64,000 nucleotides of DNA from Vicugna vicugna (taxonomy: Eukaryota). How positions within the stretch are numbered: the stretch's first letter is position 1; the number at the start of each line of letters is the position of its first letter. The translations under genes and the position numbers were made by a program. Positions 63,986 through 64,000 of the stretch are shown one piece after another. Under the pieces are notes generated by a model, which was not told where the DNA came from, did not search any database, and saw only the letters and a program-made list of their open reading frames with translations. The stretch lies in contig MU058065.1 in assembly GCA_013265495.1 (NCBI GenBank), positions 2,829,003 to 2,893,002 on the forward strand, written 5' to 3'.

Positions 63986-64000
63986 GATCAAACCCCCTAT

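Noticed and set aside
63371..63991. 206-aa ORF, the longest outside L1
   Set aside because: Mostly translation of the TTTC/TTCC microsatellite; only the last ~45 codons overlap a pseudo-exon.

Overview
AT-rich mammalian genomic DNA, most likely camelid: it carries a Vic-1-type tRNA-derived SINE at ~52.2 kb and many artiodactyl-type L1 3' ends. It is dense in interspersed repeats (Tigger1, old and young L1, L2, MIR, MLT1, MER5A/MER20, a solo LTR). No intact protein-coding gene is visible. The ORF-track entries are repeat-derived, microsatellite-derived or spurious, or they partly overlap decayed exons. The unique, non-repeat islands hide a chain of about 25 minus-strand exon-like segments bounded by AG/GT. 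They run from ~63.5 kb to a terminal exon with AATAAA at ~17.2 kb. Translated by hand with stops and frameshifts tolerated, they show three separate Dbl-homology (DH, RhoGEF) N-terminal helix motifs, each followed by further DH-like and then PH-like motifs. I interpret this as a heavily decayed, unprocessed pseudogene of a multi-cassette DH-PH RhoGEF that I cannot name, and it probably extends past the right edge. The domain calls are pattern recognition by eye, not database hits.
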